Of a stretch of DNA of 64,000 nucleotides, positions 61,945-64,000 are shown piece by piece. Below the pieces are notes generated by a model. It was not told the origin of the DNA and searched no databases. It was given only the letters and a program-made list of their open reading frames with translations. How positions within the stretch are numbered: position 1 is the first letter of the stretch; each line of letters opens with the position of its first letter. The DNA is from Anaerolineales bacterium (lineage in GTDB: Bacteria; Chloroflexota; Anaerolineae; Anaerolineales; JABWBV01), in assembly GCA_035512695.1 (NCBI GenBank), contig DATKDL010000227.1, forward strand, positions 6,941 through 70,940, read 5' to 3'. Both the position numbers and the translations under genes were made by a program.

Positions 61945-64000
61945 TCACGCCTGCCAGACCGGATCAAAACCCGGGAGTTCGAACGTCCCGGCGGACGACT
62001 CGACCAGCAGGTACGGCAGCCAGGCCACCCCGAAAAGCTCGACCAGGATGTCCTTCTTGTAAGGTGCGACCGGGATCTCGTCGACGTGCTCGAGCGCTTC
62101 GCTCCAGTGCGACTTGATCGACGCGATCAGTTCGTCCAATTCCTGCCGGGTCTCGACGATCTCCTCCTGCAGCCGTTTGATCGTATCGAGCGACTCGTCG
62201 ACATCGGCCTTGGCCTGGGAGGTCATGCGGCGCTTCGACAGCGAGGTGGTCAGGGTTCGGCGGCGCTTGTTGAACAGGCTGAGCAGGTTCTCTGCATGCG
62301 TGCCGTATTCCTCCATCCTGCGCTGGGCGACCTCATCTTTATTCTCCTCGAGTTCCCGCTCCTCCCGTGATAGCTTGTCGGAGAGCGACTTTATCCGGGT
62401 CTCCAGCGTCCGCGTCTTTGTGGCCAGTTCCTTGTCGCGCAGCCTGGCGGCTTCCTCGGTCGACATCCGCCGGAACTCGGCCTCCGAGACATCCGGGCCG
62501 GCGTGGATCTTCAAAGTCGGGTTGGTGCGGACGGTGACGGTCCCGGCGCGGTAAATCCATTCGGAGAAATCCGTATCCAGTGATTTCATCAACCGCTCGT
62601 CGGTGAGCGGTGCGGTGAGTTCGCCGAAGGTGGACGTCGGAAGCGGACCCGGATCCAGCCCGCGCGGCTCGATCCGGGCGCAGAGATGTTCCTCCCAGCG
62701 GACGATCCCGCGGGCATCCGGTTCGACGACGACGCCGGTCCAGGTCTTTTCCATATTCAGGTTGTAGGTCCGATTGACGAAGCGGACGTTGGCCTGCGCC
62801 AGCAGGACGGGGCGGTAGATCAGACCGGCGCTCCGTGCATCCGCGGGCAGCTCCCTTCCGGCCTTCCTGGCGGAATCGCCGAGGGTCAGTTTGTGCGGGA
62901 GGAAGAATTCGTTGACGCGGGCGGGGAGGGCGGGTTTCGTGGAAGTGCCGGGTGCCGGGTGCCTGGTGCCTGGTGATGTTTCGGCCGGTTTAGATGGTCG
63001 GTCATGGGAGGCGGTCGGGGCGTCCGACACGGACGCTGGTTGTGCGGTCACCTGGAAAAGCGCGGAACCCGGATGGGGGCCGGCTGGTTGATCCGTGGAC
63101 GAGGTCCAACCAAGATCCGATGTACCTATCCTTCCCGTCCTTGTCCCGACTCCGGCCAGAACGTTGAGGGCCGGGATCTGGGTCCGGGTGAGCGGGCCGG
63201 CCATGTAGTTCATCGCCCAACGGGTCTGGAAGATGTGGGGCTGTTTTTCGTGGACATTGTGAAGCAGGAACCGGCGTTTCCCCAAACCGGAGATCAGGCG
63301 CTCAACGGTCCCCCGGTCGAGCGAGCCGGCGGCCGCGCCCTGCAGGCCGTCGAGCAGCCGCTGCTTGTCGCGATCGGCCTGGAGACGACCGATGAACCAG
63401 GTGCCGGCATTGGTCAGCGCCTTGTAGTCCAGATCGGCCGGGTTCTGGGTGACGAGCAGCATCGCGACCCCGAAGGCCCGGGCCTGTTTGAGCAGCCGCA
63501 GCATGGGCGGCTTGGAGGGCGGGTTGGCGGTCGGCGGAAGGTAGCCGAAGATCTCGTCAAAATAGACGATCGCCCGCAGCGATGAGGTCCCGCTCTGGCC
63601 GCGCATCCAGCTTTCGACGGCGCTGTAAAGCAAGGTGATGAAGAACATCCGCTCCGCATCGGTCAGGTGGGCCACGTAGAATACGCTGTGGCGCGGTCTG
63701 CCGTCCTGGGTGTACAACAGGGTCTGAATATCGAGCGGGGCGCCCGAGGTCCAGACCTGGAAAGTCGGGGCGGCCAGGATGTTATTCAGCAGCATGGCCA
63801 GGTTGAACCGGTCCCCATCCGGGAAGAAGCGGCCGACCTCAAAGACACCTAGCTTGTCAAACGGCGGGGTCTGGACCTGCAGGATCAGCTCCCCCATGTC
63901 CAGGTCGGCGCCGCGGCTCCAGGCGTGCTCGAAAATATTGGCGAGCAGGATATGCTCGCGCGAGCGCAGCGGGTCGATGTCCTGCAGCCCGACTAGCCCG
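61945..64000 (-). CDS. HerA/DUF853-like P-loop NTPase with long C-terminal linker and coiled coil (5' end outside window)
   Basis: AIVYFDEIFGYLPP (Walker B-like hhhhDE) and AFGVAMLLVTQNPADLDYKALTNAGTWFIGRLQ resemble the HerA/YjgR-type core. The reading frame stays open upstream of Met 63897 to the window edge (…GLQDIDPLRSREHILLANIFEHAW…). The C-terminal ~180 aa are heptad-rich (RLRDKELATKTRTLETRIKSLSDKLSREERELEENKDE...). Confidence 0.7.
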   Translation of the reverse strand, partial: GLVGLQDIDPLRSREHILLANIFEHAWSRGADLDMGELILQVQTPPFDKLGVFEVGRFFPDGDRFNLAMLLNNILAAPTFQVWTSGAPLDIQTLLYTQDGRPRHSVFYVAHLTDAERMFFITLLYSAVESWMRGQSGTSSLRAIVYFDEIFGYLPPTANPPSKPPMLRLLKQARAFGVAMLLVTQNPADLDYKALTNAGTWFIGRLQADRDKQRLLDGLQGAAAGSLDRGTVERLISGLGKRRFLLHNVHEKQPHIFQTRWAMNYMAGPLTRTQIPALNVLAGVGTRTGRIGTSDLGWTSSTDQPAGPHPGSALFQVTAQPASVSDAPTASHDRPSKPAETSPGTRHPAPGTSTKPALPARVNEFFLPHKLTLGDSARKAGRELPADARSAGLIYRPVLLAQANVRFVNRTYNLNMEKTWTGVVVEPDARGIVRWEEHLCARIEPRGLDPGPLPTSTFGELTAPLTDERLMKSLDTDFSEWIYRAGTVTVRTNPTLKIHAGPDVSEAEFRRMSTEEAARLRDKELATKTRTLETRIKSLSDKLSREERELEENKDEVAQRRMEEYGTHAENLLSLFNKRRRTLTTSLSKRRMTSQAKADVDESLDTIKRLQEEIVETRQELDELIASIKSHWSEALEHVDEIPVAPYKKDILVELFGVAWLPYLLVESSAGTFELPGFDPVWQA

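Noticed and set aside
1-64000. Search for tRNA, rRNA, transposase, integrase, or phage genes.
   Set aside because: No intergenic region shows a cloverleaf-like pattern or rRNA-like conserved blocks, and no ORF has DDE, tyrosine or serine recombinase motifs. By-eye screening cannot exclude small ncRNAs.

Overview
GC-rich bacterial chromosomal segment; codon third positions are overwhelmingly G/C, so the six-frame track is full of long spurious R/P/G-rich ORFs. Gene content (DnaD-like plus DnaI/DnaC-like loader genes, many GT-C membrane glycosyltransferases, no LPS genes) suggests a monoderm-type lineage such as Chloroflexota, but that is a low-confidence guess. I can support about 55 protein-coding genes. 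I recognised no rRNA, tRNA, CRISPR array, transposase or integrase.

Gene order, left to right:
- tag 3' end, then an ABC-2 exporter operon and a bestrophin-like channel
- two dehydrogenases, then two coupled lipoprotein genes
- xseA-membrane protein-xseB
- a halogenase-like flavoprotein, ppdK, P5C dehydrogenase
- CPBP protease, lactate permease, HAD hydrolase
- an ion-transport cluster: Ca-type P-ATPase, CPA2 antiporter with RCK, a PII-like+CBS fusion, ArsB/NhaD permease
- GNAT, then an Fe(III)-type ABC importer with a divergent DtxR-family regulator
- a replication module: bifunctional nuclease, dnaB, dnaD-like gene, loader
- a roughly 22-kb envelope glycosylation island (39.3-61.8 kb) with gmd, rmlABCD, wecB, three GT2/epimerase genes and six large polytopic membrane proteins
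- a truncated thioesterase, and a large HerA/DUF853-like ATPase that runs off the right edge

Most interesting observations:
1. A helicase-loader homologue with two complete tandem AAA+ modules.
2. A PstA/DarA-like PII domain fused to a CBS pair and translationally coupled to a permease, next to an RCK-bearing antiporter. This could be a c-di-AMP-controlled ion module.
3. An apparent insertion junction at about 61.89 kb that truncates a thioesterase and brings in the HerA-like ATPase. Any associated system would lie beyond 64 kb.
4. A dispersed family of very long, often perfect hairpins (19-36 bp stems), many sharing sequence modules. They sit at nearly every gene boundary, including inside apparent operons and in a divergent regulatory region.

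All coordinates for hairpins and revised starts were indexed by hand and may be off by 1-2 nt. All family assignments come from motif recognition, not database searches.
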